A DNA stretch of 46,553 nt, taken from IMG/VR virus record IMGVR_UViG_3300044802_000020; one strand, written 5' to 3'. The DNA is from a virus. Below the pieces are notes generated by a model. It did not search any database. It was not told the DNA's origin and worked only from the letters and a program-made list of their open reading frames with translations. Below are positions 26,733 through 34,132 of this stretch, piece after piece. The translations under genes and the position numbers were made by a program. How positions within the stretch are numbered: position 1 is the first letter of the stretch; each line of letters starts with the position of its first letter.

Positions 26733-27139
26733 TCCGCGAACTGCTGGACGCCGAGAGGGGTCTTCGTGCGTGCCGTACGGAAAGCGACGATCGTTTGCCG
26801 GCGAAAGACTGCCGTCTCATAGCGGCGGAACTCGACCGTCTGCGCGCGGAAAATGAGCTGTATCGGTTGATGGTACAGACTTCGGCGTATCGAACGCTTA
26901 CTGCCGCTATTCCGGCGGTAGGCTCCGTCGTGCGCGTGGTGAACTACTTTAGTGCATGGTGTTTCGCGCTCATATTTTGGACTTGTATAGGAGCCGCATC
27001 TTACCTCTGGATCAATAGGGGGGAGTTTGTACCTTCCGTCGCGGTGCCGTTCATCGGGTTGTGCTTCTCGACGTCCGGGCTGTACCTGGACTTCCGTTCA
27101 AAGCGCCCCCGGCGTTCTGTGGGCTCCCTCACTAACTAA
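26729..27139 (+). CDS. Membrane protein with a coiled-coil N-terminus and two predicted C-terminal TM helices.
   Basis: 136 aa from the ATG at 26729, with an ATGA overlap. Hydrophobic stretches are FSAWCFALIFWTCIGAASYLWI and VAVPFIGLCFSTSGLYL. Confidence 0.7.
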   Translation: MIRELLDAERGLRACRTESDDRLPAKDCRLIAAELDRLRAENELYRLMVQTSAYRTLTAAIPAVGSVVRVVNYFSAWCFALIFWTCIGAASYLWINRGEFVPSVAVPFIGLCFSTSGLYLDFRSKRPRRSVGSLTN

Positions 27140-27159
27140 TTACCTGTCATTGATTTTGT

Positions 27160-27189
27160 TTGACACCTTCCGCGTCTCGGTTCTACATT
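27160..27189 (+). promoter_or_regulatory. Sigma70-like promoter candidate, TTGACA-N18-TACATT.
   Basis: TTGACA at 27160-27165 and TACATT at 27184-27189, in the 231-bp gap upstream of the primase/helicase gene. Confidence 0.4.
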
Positions 27190-27244
27190 CAGGGCAAGGC
27201 AGGCTCTTTCCGTTGTTGTATCTCCCACACACCCACGTGGATCG

Positions 27245-27340
27245 TAAGTGCTCGCGCTCCCCTCTGGCTCTCGGGGAGCGTGTGAGCCTGCCTGCCGTAC
27301 GCGCGTCGATGGGCCGTGCTGGACCGAGCGCGAGCACTTA
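27245..27340 (+). promoter_or_regulatory. Long-range perfect 15-bp inverted repeat enclosing a 66-nt GC-rich segment; candidate structured 5' leader or operator.
   Basis: taagtgctcgcgctc (27245-27259) is the exact reverse complement of gagcgcgagcactta (27326-27340). An inner ctcccc/ggggag hairpin lies at 27257-27278. Confidence 0.5.
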
Positions 27341-27370
27341 GGTTCCACGCGGCAGAACGGAACGTCGCCG

Positions 27371-29431
27371 ATGGACCAACGAGAAGCACGCAAGCTATGG
27401 ATCGCAGATCTCGCCCGCTCGGGGCTCACGCTCGAAGAAGTACAGAAGTGCGGCTGGAAATTATGGAAGCCGGCCGAGGTCGCCGCCGAGTTCCCGCACG
27501 CGGGCGAGACGTGGGCTTACGAGATACCGTATCCGCAGAAGTACCGCGGGGCTGCGCCGAAGCTCTTCCGCATCCGCGTACTGGGCGAGCCTGCGTTGCC
27601 GTTCGGTGCGAAGCCTGACGGCAGCAAGCGCGTCCCGAAGTATTGGCAGCCGCACGGCTCGACCTCCGGTGTCTACTTTCCCCCCATGACCGATTGGCCG
27701 GCGTGCCTCGAAGCGCCTGCTGGGCAGATCTTCCTTGTCGAAGGTGAGAAGAAAGCGTTCAAGGCTTGCAGAGAAGGGCTCTTCACTCTCGGGCTCGGTG
27801 GTGTGTGGTCGTGGAAGTCCAAGACACAAGGGGTGTCGTGCTTGCCCGAGCTGGAAGCCATCCGTTGGGCTCAACGCCCGGTCGTGATCGCTTTCGATAG
27901 CGACGCGGCGACGAACGCCGACGTTGCGCGCGCCATCGCGGCGCTGGCCGAACAACTCACCATGCGAGGGGCGCGCGTAACGGTGGCGACGGTGCCAGAA
28001 ATCGAGCCTGGGAAGAAGGCAGGTCTCGACGACTTCCTTGTAGTGAAGGGGGCGGCCGCTTTCAGGCGCTACGTGTTGACCGCCGAGGTGGGCGAGTTCG
28101 CCTCGAAGCTCTGGAATCTGTCGTCGCGCTACTGCCTCATCCAACACCCTGCCATCGTCATGGACGAACAGACCACGGACGAATACTCGCGCCCCGTGGC
28201 TAAGCCGATGCCGGTGCAGGCGTTCAAGACCGTTGCCGGCAACGTGCAGGCCATCGAAATGGTCATCAACGATTCCGGCGAAGAGCGCGCAAAAAAAGTG
28301 AACGTCGCTGACAAATGGCTGGAGTGGCCTTGTCGGCGACAGTATCACGCACTCACCTATGAACCAGGCGGGGAACTCATCCTCAACCACGGCACGCGAT
28401 ACAACACGTGGCGTGGGCTGGGTGTGGCGCCGAAGAAGGGGTCGATCAAGCCCTGGAAAGACCTTCTCGATCATCTGTTCCAATCGAGCCCGCGCGAGCA
28501 TCGCGATTGGTTCGAGCGTTGGTGCGCGTGGCCGCTCAAGCATCTGGGTGCGAAACTTTCGTCCGCCGTCGGCTTGTGGGGGCTCCCAGGGCGCGGGAAG
28601 TCGATCCTTGCCGAGAAGATCCTTGCGCCCATCTACGGCGCGAACTTCACGAGTATTTCACAGGTGGACCTCGAAGCCGACTTCAACGAGTGGGCAGTGG
28701 GGCGCCAGCTTGTGCTTGTCGACGAAGTGTCCGCGACCGAGTCGCGCACGCGCGCGGATCGCTTCAAGAAGCTTGTCACCCAAGCCGAGATGCAAGTCTC
28801 GATGAAGTTCATCCCCCGCTACGCGATACCGGACCACACGAACTACATCATGACATCGAACAGCCCAAAGGCGTTTTATGTCGAGGACAACGACCGTCGC
28901 TTTTTCATCCACCGCGTACCTGACGCCCAGCTCCCCGAAGACTTCTTTCGCGCGCTCGTCGAGGATTGGGTGGGTTTCTACAAGCCGCCGACGTACGGCC
29001 CTGGCCCGGCTGCGCTGCTGTACTACTTCCTTCATGATCTGGACTTCGGCACGTTCGACCCGAAGGCCCCGCCGCCTATCACGGAAGACAAGCTCGACAT
29101 GATCGAGACCTCCCGCCATCCGGCCGAAGATTGGTTGCGTTCGTTCGTCGGCTCCGAGCTGTTCGAGATGCGCGGCCGTCGTGCGGTGTACACGCTTGGC
29201 GAGCTGTGCGCGCTGTACAGGACGGAAGGCCCGCACGGGGCAGCGTCGATGTCGCCGAACGGCTTCGGCGCGTACGTGCGCAACGTGGGCATGATTAAGC
29301 GCTTGGCTCGCGAGGGTGCGAAGACCACGCGCCTTGTGGCTGTCACCGACACGCATTTGTGGCAGCGGCGCGAGTCGAAGCACTGGCTCGAAGAACTCTA
29401 TCGCGGCAACGCAGGGGAGAAGAAGTTCTGA
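27371..29431 (+). CDS. Primase/helicase: Toprim-type primase domain fused to a D5/P4-type SF3 helicase.
   Basis: 686 aa from the ATG at 27371 (MDQREARKLW...). Toprim-like IFLVEGEKKAFKA and VVIAFDSDAATN are present. Walker A is GLPGRGKS and Walker B is LVLVDEV. Confidence 0.85.
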   Translation: MDQREARKLWIADLARSGLTLEEVQKCGWKLWKPAEVAAEFPHAGETWAYEIPYPQKYRGAAPKLFRIRVLGEPALPFGAKPDGSKRVPKYWQPHGSTSGVYFPPMTDWPACLEAPAGQIFLVEGEKKAFKACREGLFTLGLGGVWSWKSKTQGVSCLPELEAIRWAQRPVVIAFDSDAATNADVARAIAALAEQLTMRGARVTVATVPEIEPGKKAGLDDFLVVKGAAAFRRYVLTAEVGEFASKLWNLSSRYCLIQHPAIVMDEQTTDEYSRPVAKPMPVQAFKTVAGNVQAIEMVINDSGEERAKKVNVADKWLEWPCRRQYHALTYEPGGELILNHGTRYNTWRGLGVAPKKGSIKPWKDLLDHLFQSSPREHRDWFERWCAWPLKHLGAKLSSAVGLWGLPGRGKSILAEKILAPIYGANFTSISQVDLEADFNEWAVGRQLVLVDEVSATESRTRADRFKKLVTQAEMQVSMKFIPRYAIPDHTNYIMTSNSPKAFYVEDNDRRFFIHRVPDAQLPEDFFRALVEDWVGFYKPPTYGPGPAALLYYFLHDLDFGTFDPKAPPPITEDKLDMIETSRHPAEDWLRSFVGSELFEMRGRRAVYTLGELCALYRTEGPHGAASMSPNGFGAYVRNVGMIKRLAREGAKTTRLVAVTDTHLWQRRESKHWLEELYRGNAGEKKF

Positions 29432-29694
29432 TGTGCTACATCCACGCAACACGGAAAGAGAAGTCGGGAACGGTGTACTTCATGGGGCGTTACGTTGGGC
29501 ATTGTACGCGTAAACAGTGGCGGCGCCAGCAGCAGAGGATTAGGCGCTTTTGCAACCTCCGTTCTCCTCGCAAAGGGAGCCATTCGGATCGGTACTGCAA
29601 AGGATGCTTGCGCAACTATCAATGGTTGACGGCGTTGATCTCGCCCAAAACCGCGCCAGATTTCTACATGCCTACGAAGATGGGGGACGCATGA
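29431..29694 (+). CDS. Small basic Cys-containing protein, hypothetical.
   Basis: 87 aa from the ATG at 29431, which overlaps the primase TGA by 1 nt. Confidence 0.6.
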   Translation: MCYIHATRKEKSGTVYFMGRYVGHCTRKQWRRQQQRIRRFCNLRSPRKGSHSDRYCKGCLRNYQWLTALISPKTAPDFYMPTKMGDA

Positions 29695-30089
29695 TCTCCG
29701 CGCTTCGTTGGGATTGGTCCGCGCAGCACATCGGGCGCGTCCGCGCGCGTGCCGCACAACGCGTGCACCGTGAGACTTTCTTGTACGGCGCGCGACACTT
29801 GTCGGATCGTATGCTCAAAGCTCGCATGGACTACGAAGGGCGGAAGCCTATCGAGGTCCGGATCAAGCGCCCCATCACGCCGGATGCGGTGCTGACACCC
29901 TGCGAATACCACGTGGAGAAGTTGCAGCGGAAGCTTGAGGCGGATTTCTTGCACGCCGTAGACCCTGGACGATACCCCAGCACGAACCAGTGGGACCGAG
30001 GACGGGATCAAGCGCATCGCGAGTACGCTAATCAAGCGCGGTATTGCGGTTTCAACGAGTACGGCTTCGAGGTCCATTTCAAGCGATGA
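29691..30089 (+). CDS. Hypothetical protein.
   Basis: 132 aa from the ATG at 29691, with an ATGA overlap on the upstream stop. Confidence 0.65.
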   Translation: MISALRWDWSAQHIGRVRARAAQRVHRETFLYGARHLSDRMLKARMDYEGRKPIEVRIKRPITPDAVLTPCEYHVEKLQRKLEADFLHAVDPGRYPSTNQWDRGRDQAHREYANQARYCGFNEYGFEVHFKR

Positions 30090-30427
30090 TGTCCGCCGCG
30101 CGCATCACACCCCACGACGTTGAACGGCTGCGAGCCGAACAGCGGCGCAAGAAGTTACGCCGCCAGCATGTAAGGGATCGCGAGACGGCCAAGTTCATCC
30201 GTTGGTGTCTGTTCAAAATTCTGGGCGATCAGTGCGTAAAGTGCGGGAGTTTTCTACATCTTCAACTAGACCACCCCAACGGCCGCGACTGGGAGCCACG
30301 GACGAAAAGCGCTATTTCTCGGGCGCGGCTGTACTGGCGCGACTTCGAGGCGGGTAACCTACGGATTCTCTGCTCCATTTGCAATCGAAGAGACGGGGCT
30401 AACCGGAGATGGCGCAATGGTGGATGA
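30086..30427 (+). CDS. HNH endonuclease.
   Basis: 113 aa from the ATG at 30086. It carries CVKCGSFLHLQLDHPNGRDW...NLRILCSICNRRDG, a CxxC...H-x-D-H...N...CxxC-N beta-beta-alpha-metal pattern. Confidence 0.75.
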   Translation: MMSAARITPHDVERLRAEQRRKKLRRQHVRDRETAKFIRWCLFKILGDQCVKCGSFLHLQLDHPNGRDWEPRTKSAISRARLYWRDFEAGNLRILCSICNRRDGANRRWRNGG

Positions 30428-30671
30428 AGAAGACGACCATTTGTTCGACGACCGCGCCTTGCGCATGCAGCGGATCGATGGGCTCGCGTACAGGTTCTTC
30501 GTCGCGTGCAAGCAAGAACACCTCACGTGGCGGGAGGCAGCGGCCACGGCGTGTAGCCTGGTTGAACACCTCGCGAAGAAGCGCCCCGAAGATCGCGCGG
30601 CTATCTGCGCGCTGCTCTCGCTGTCCCTCGGCCGCGTGCGCGAGATGACGGAAGGAACCCCGGATGCCTAA
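30417..30671 (+). CDS. Hypothetical protein.
   Basis: 84-aa ORF with GGAG upstream. It overlaps the HNH gene end. Confidence 0.6.
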   Translation: MVDEEDDHLFDDRALRMQRIDGLAYRFFVACKQEHLTWREAAATACSLVEHLAKKRPEDRAAICALLSLSLGRVREMTEGTPDA

Positions 30672-30861
30672 GTCCATCGGAGATCTCTACAGGCTGCAAT
30701 CGGACGTCGACACAGCCCAGTCGGCGAAGCACTACCAGCAAGTACGGGCGGACAAAGCGCGCCGCGCGCTGGCCGATGCCCTGGCGGGGCTCGCGGCGGC
30801 AGACGAGCGCCTCGAAACCGCGCAGCGGGCGCTTGAGGAGTACACGTGCACGACGACGTGA
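30664..30861 (+). CDS. Small coiled-coil protein, hypothetical.
   Basis: 65-aa ORF with GAAGGAA upstream. Confidence 0.55.
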   Translation: MPKSIGDLYRLQSDVDTAQSAKHYQQVRADKARRALADALAGLAAADERLETAQRALEEYTCTTT

Positions 30862-31316
30862 GGATTTGCCCCTACTGCCACGGACGGAAGGTGTTCGGCG
30901 CATTTCGAGCCCCGTGTATCTGCACCATTGGAACCGGCGAGCCCCGGCGCCCGGCCCTGGTCCGTGTCGCCCACCGCACGCGCGACAAGCTCGCGGCGGT
31001 GAAGTACCCGACCAACCATGACCGCCCCACGATGCGCGGCGAGTGCCCGGATACGCGGCCGTGCCCCTTCGTCGGCTGCCCGCACAACAACTACCTCGAA
31101 GTGCTCCCTTCGGGAGACATCCGCTTCCACCACCCCCACCGCGAGCCGTGGCAGGTTCCCGCTCGCGAGTCGTGCACGCTCGACGTTGCCGAATGGCCGG
31201 AAGGTGCCACGCTGGAAGAAGTCGGGCGGATGTTGAACCTCACGCGCGAACGTGTCCGCCAGATAGAAGCGGCGGGATTGCGCAAGCTGAAAGCCTCACA
31301 CCATGACGATGTTTGA
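30846..31316 (+). CDS. Zn-finger plus sigma-70 region-4-like HTH protein, putative transcription factor.
   Basis: 156 aa with a GTG start and GAGGAG 6-7 nt upstream. It has CPYCHG and CPFVGCPH Cys motifs. The C-terminal TLEEVGRMLNLTRERVRQIEAAGLRKLK matches the sigma70 region 4.2 HTH signature. Confidence 0.7.
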   Translation: MHDDVRICPYCHGRKVFGAFRAPCICTIGTGEPRRPALVRVAHRTRDKLAAVKYPTNHDRPTMRGECPDTRPCPFVGCPHNNYLEVLPSGDIRFHHPHREPWQVPARESCTLDVAEWPEGATLEEVGRMLNLTRERVRQIEAAGLRKLKASHHDDV

Positions 31317-31596
31317 AGCACTGGCATTCTTGGGCCTTACTGCGGAAGCCTCCGAACATGAGATCCGAGCGGCCTACCTTGCGGCTTGCCGACGGCTGCA
31401 CCCTGACACGGGTAGCGGCGACATGGAAACCTGGCAACGTTTGAAGGTTGCTCGGAAGGTCTTGGAAGAAACCAAAAATGAGCGGACAAAGTGCCCGACT
31501 TGCAAGGGTTTGAAGGTCGAAAAAATACTAGGCGGCAATTGGAGCGTACTTATAACTACATGTAGGACATGCCAGGGAAGTGGCCGAAAACCCTAG
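31303..31596 (+). CDS. Mini-DnaJ: a J-domain with the HPD motif plus one CxxCxG zinc centre.
   Basis: 97 aa. It contains FEALAFLGLTAEASEHEIRAAYLAACRRLHPDTG, then CPTCKG and CRTCQGSG. Confidence 0.75.
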   Translation: MTMFEALAFLGLTAEASEHEIRAAYLAACRRLHPDTGSGDMETWQRLKVARKVLEETKNERTKCPTCKGLKVEKILGGNWSVLITTCRTCQGSGRKP

Positions 31597-31655
31597 GATT
31601 TCACCGCGTCAAAACTTTTTAGAAAAAATATCTTGTCACTTGTCAGTGACGGGTT

Positions 31656-32288
31656 ATGATGTCCGAAGAAAGGCGGACGGACATCGTGCAAAAAATCAAG
31701 CAAGTTTGGATCTATCGATGCTCTTCTAGTAGGTCTCAAAGTGTCGCGGATCTAGAGCTGCTAACAATCGAGTTTCGCCATGCCGCTGTGACGGATGCCG
31801 CGCACATGGTGGCACAAGCGGCAAGATCGGAAGGTCCGGACGTCGTCAAATACTACGCGGATCGATGCGAAGCAATCCGCAACGCATCGAAGAGCGGAAG
31901 CAGGCCGCGCGGTTCAACGGTCTACTTCGACGCGTTCCATAACCGCGAGTTCACGATCCGTGCACAGCGCAACTTTTCCGACACTGGCGAATGGTACGGA
32001 ATGCGCATTGACGGCGCTACCCTTCGATCCGAAGTAGTCAAGGCGCTAGCGGTTATCGTGGAAGCTATCGCACCTTCCGACGCGGTCCGAAAGCTTGGCG
32101 CCGTCCATGCGCGCTATGCTGGCGAGTCTTACGCATGGGTAGCAGAGTCGGAAACTGGCGAGCTTGCCGCCATTCTTCAACCGCGCCACTACCCTAGCGA
32201 TGCGCGACACTGCGCGCGCGCTGCTGTCACCTGTACACATGGAGCGTACAACCGACATGATCCGCACGGCTGCAAGCCAATCTATTGA
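31656..32288 (+). CDS. Hypothetical protein in a lower-GC accessory patch.
   Basis: 210-aa ORF of natural composition with no motif I recognise. Confidence 0.65.
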   Translation: MMSEERRTDIVQKIKQVWIYRCSSSRSQSVADLELLTIEFRHAAVTDAAHMVAQAARSEGPDVVKYYADRCEAIRNASKSGSRPRGSTVYFDAFHNREFTIRAQRNFSDTGEWYGMRIDGATLRSEVVKALAVIVEAIAPSDAVRKLGAVHARYAGESYAWVAESETGELAAILQPRHYPSDARHCARAAVTCTHGAYNRHDPHGCKPIY

Positions 32289-32520
32289 TGTCAAAACCAA
32301 GACCGCAGATCTCAGGAAGCGACTCGGCAAGACCTTAGCGGATCGCATCGCTGAGACCTACACAAGCGCGGACGTTGAAGCGCTTCCGCCTGGAAACACA
32401 GCTTGGCGCTTGTCCAATGCAATTTCATGGGTAGCGAAACAGGACGACGTCGACGCGGAAACGCGCCTGGACTTGGAAAAGGAAGCAGGCGCCGCACTCG
32501 GGAAGCGCGCCACAGTCTAA
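32257..32520 (+). CDS. Hypothetical protein.
   Basis: 87 aa from the ATG at 32257, with GGAG 12 nt upstream. An alternative ATG lies at 32239. The tracked start at 32164 lies deep inside the previous gene. Confidence 0.5.
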   Translation: MIRTAASQSIDVKTKTADLRKRLGKTLADRIAETYTSADVEALPPGNTAWRLSNAISWVAKQDDVDAETRLDLEKEAGAALGKRATV

Positions 32521-32540
32521 CAGGATCCGCCTTTCTAATC

Positions 32541-32570
32541 CTACCCGGAAGATTGGAGGCTTCCGGGTAG
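32541..32570 (+). terminator. Terminator-like hairpin with an 11-bp perfect stem, an 8-nt loop and no U-tract.
   Basis: ctacccggaag (32541-32551) pairs exactly with cttccgggtag (32560-32570). The hairpin begins 21 nt after the stop at 32520. Confidence 0.5.
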
Positions 32571-32637
32571 TCTAGAGCGGCGAATCTTCACACCTACAAA
32601 CAAAGGCGGAAACCATAAGATTGGTTAGCATTTAGAC

Positions 32638-32868
32638 ATGGAGGATCAAATGAATAAACGCCAAGCATGGGACATCGACGCCCGCGCGCACGTTCGTAAC
32701 ATCAAGGAAAGCCTGAAAAACAACGGTCGATACGTATATGGTCGATTGGCAAACGGTCATTGGATCCGCATCGTTAATGCCAAGAGCCAGAAGGGATCGA
32801 TTCTGGGCCAGGTCGTTCGAAGCAGTGGTCTTTGCTGGGAAAAAATCAACCAGTGGGATGAACGATGA
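32638..32868 (+). CDS. Small hypothetical protein.
   Basis: 76-aa ORF. An alternative start at 32650 is preceded by GGAGG. The stop overlaps the lipoprotein start (ATGA). The antisense ORF 32632..32892 was judged spurious. Confidence 0.6.
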   Translation: MEDQMNKRQAWDIDARAHVRNIKESLKNNGRYVYGRLANGHWIRIVNAKSQKGSILGQVVRSSGLCWEKINQWDER

Positions 32869-33473
32869 AGCGTCAATTAGGCATGGTAACATCTATGGCG
32901 CTGGCCTTGCTCATGTCGTGCACGTCTGAGACCTCCCACGTCATGCACGATGCAAGGCCAGCGCTTCCTATGCGCGGACCTTCGACGTCCGGGCAAGTCG
33001 AATCGCTACCAGATAGGCCAAGTGGTGCCGAGCTACGCGCAGCCGACGCAAGCGCACCCATGCGCGCGGAAGCCTCGCCAGTCGCACCCATGGCCGAAGA
33101 TGTAAGACCTCCCAGCGGCACCGATGCCCGCGCAGCCGACGCAAGCGCACCCATGCGCGCGGAAGCCTCGCCAGTCGATGCAAGCGCGCCGATGCGTGCC
33201 GAGGTCAACCCACTGTGCGCACCCAACGAAGCCGGTTTCAGCTCGTGCGGCGCCCAAGGGGTCACGAACCAAGTCCCGTGCTGCATGTGCAGCCATCCGG
33301 GCTTTGGTGCGCCGAGTTTGCTTCTGCCACAAGCGCCCATGTGCGACTTACCGAGCACGACCATAGCGGAAGCCGCGCTGTCGCAACCGTGCACGTCTTG
33401 GGCGCAGTTCTACTTATGCCGTACGTGTCCGACCGACTCACAACCCGATGATGGAAGGTATTGCAAATCATGA
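32865..33473 (+). CDS. Lipoprotein with internal tandem repeats and a Cys-rich C-terminal domain.
   Basis: 202 aa. The signal peptide plus lipobox is MKRQLGMVTSMALALLMS-C. AADASAPMRAEASPV occurs twice with a third partial copy. There are 9 Cys in the last ~90 aa. Confidence 0.75.
   Translation: MKRQLGMVTSMALALLMSCTSETSHVMHDARPALPMRGPSTSGQVESLPDRPSGAELRAADASAPMRAEASPVAPMAEDVRPPSGTDARAADASAPMRAEASPVDASAPMRAEVNPLCAPNEAGFSSCGAQGVTNQVPCCMCSHPGFGAPSLLLPQAPMCDLPSTTIAEAALSQPCTSWAQFYLCRTCPTDSQPDDGRYCKS
33036..33177 (+). repeat. Perfect 49-bp direct repeat with a 93-bp period, inside the lipoprotein gene.
   Basis: cgcgcagccgacgcaagcgcacccatgcgcgcggaagcctcgccagtcg occurs at 33036-33084 and again at 33129-33177. 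A degenerate partial third copy follows at about 33178-33207. Confidence 0.9.
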
Positions 33474-33730
33474 ACCCACGACCCACGACCTACAAAGCCA
33501 AAGTCCACGACCCGGCCCGCAGAGGGGGAGCTTGCAACGTGAAGAGCATCCGCGTGTTCTCAGTGTGCGCCGAAGCCCTGACCTACGCACGCGAGACCGT
33601 CGAAGCCGACCACCTGCTAAGCGTCGAGATCATCCAAGAAGCGCGCGACGATAGAAACTCTGTGATGTCGAAGTGCACGCTTGGACACTGGCGCTGGAAC
33701 GTTGACGCTGTTCGGAGCTTCCCGCTATGA
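33470..33730 (+). CDS. Hypothetical protein.
   Basis: 86 aa from the ATG at 33470, with an ATGA overlap on the lipoprotein stop. Confidence 0.6.
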   Translation: MNPRPTTYKAKVHDPARRGGACNVKSIRVFSVCAEALTYARETVEADHLLSVEIIQEARDDRNSVMSKCTLGHWRWNVDAVRSFPL

Positions 33731-34107
33731 AGTGCATCACGCTTAAACCTGCATGGGCTTGGGCCGTGTTCCACGCTGGGAAGGACATCGAAAACCGTAC
33801 CTGGGAGACCTCCTACCGCGGACCTCTGGCGATCCACGCATCGGCGAGCATCGCCAGTGCGGACGATGACGCCGAGGTCATCAAGCGGATCTGTGGCGTC
33901 GATGTGCCGCTTGATTTGCAGTGTGGCGCGGTCGTGGGTGTGGTCGACTTGGTCGACGTGGCGCCAGACTTTCGGAGTCGGTGGTATTCGCCAGGCTTGA
34001 TCGGTTGGAAGCTCGCCAAGCCGCGCGCGTGCGTTCCCGTCGATGTCAAGGGCAAGCTCGGGCTGTGGGAGTTTCCCGAGGCGTCGATTATTCTTGACAA
34101 GCCCTAA
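33727..34107 (+). CDS. ASCH (PUA-like) domain protein.
   Basis: 126 aa. MKCITLKPAWAWAVFHAGKDIENRTWETSYRGPLAIHAS matches the ASCH opening (K-x-PWA...G-x-K-x-x-E-x-R...G-x-x-x-IH). Confidence 0.7.
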   Translation: MKCITLKPAWAWAVFHAGKDIENRTWETSYRGPLAIHASASIASADDDAEVIKRICGVDVPLDLQCGAVVGVVDLVDVAPDFRSRWYSPGLIGWKLAKPRACVPVDVKGKLGLWEFPEASIILDKP

Positions 34108-34132
34108 GTGATAATTTAGGAATGGTGTCTAC

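Noticed and set aside
27145-27165. A shared TGTCA/TGACA operator-like motif: TGTCA-N11-TGACA at 27145-27165 and GTCAC-ttgtca-GTGAC at 31635-31650.
   Set aside because: The arms are only 5 bp, and such pentamers are expected by chance several times in 46 kb. The two sites differ in spacing, and I found no third copy in the 26.1-kb control region.
31633-31660. A promoter-like TTGTCA-N16-TATGAT in the gap before gene 31656..32288.
   Set aside because: The putative -10 box contains the ATG of the gene, so transcription from it would start inside the coding sequence. It is probably coincidental unless the real start codon lies further downstream.
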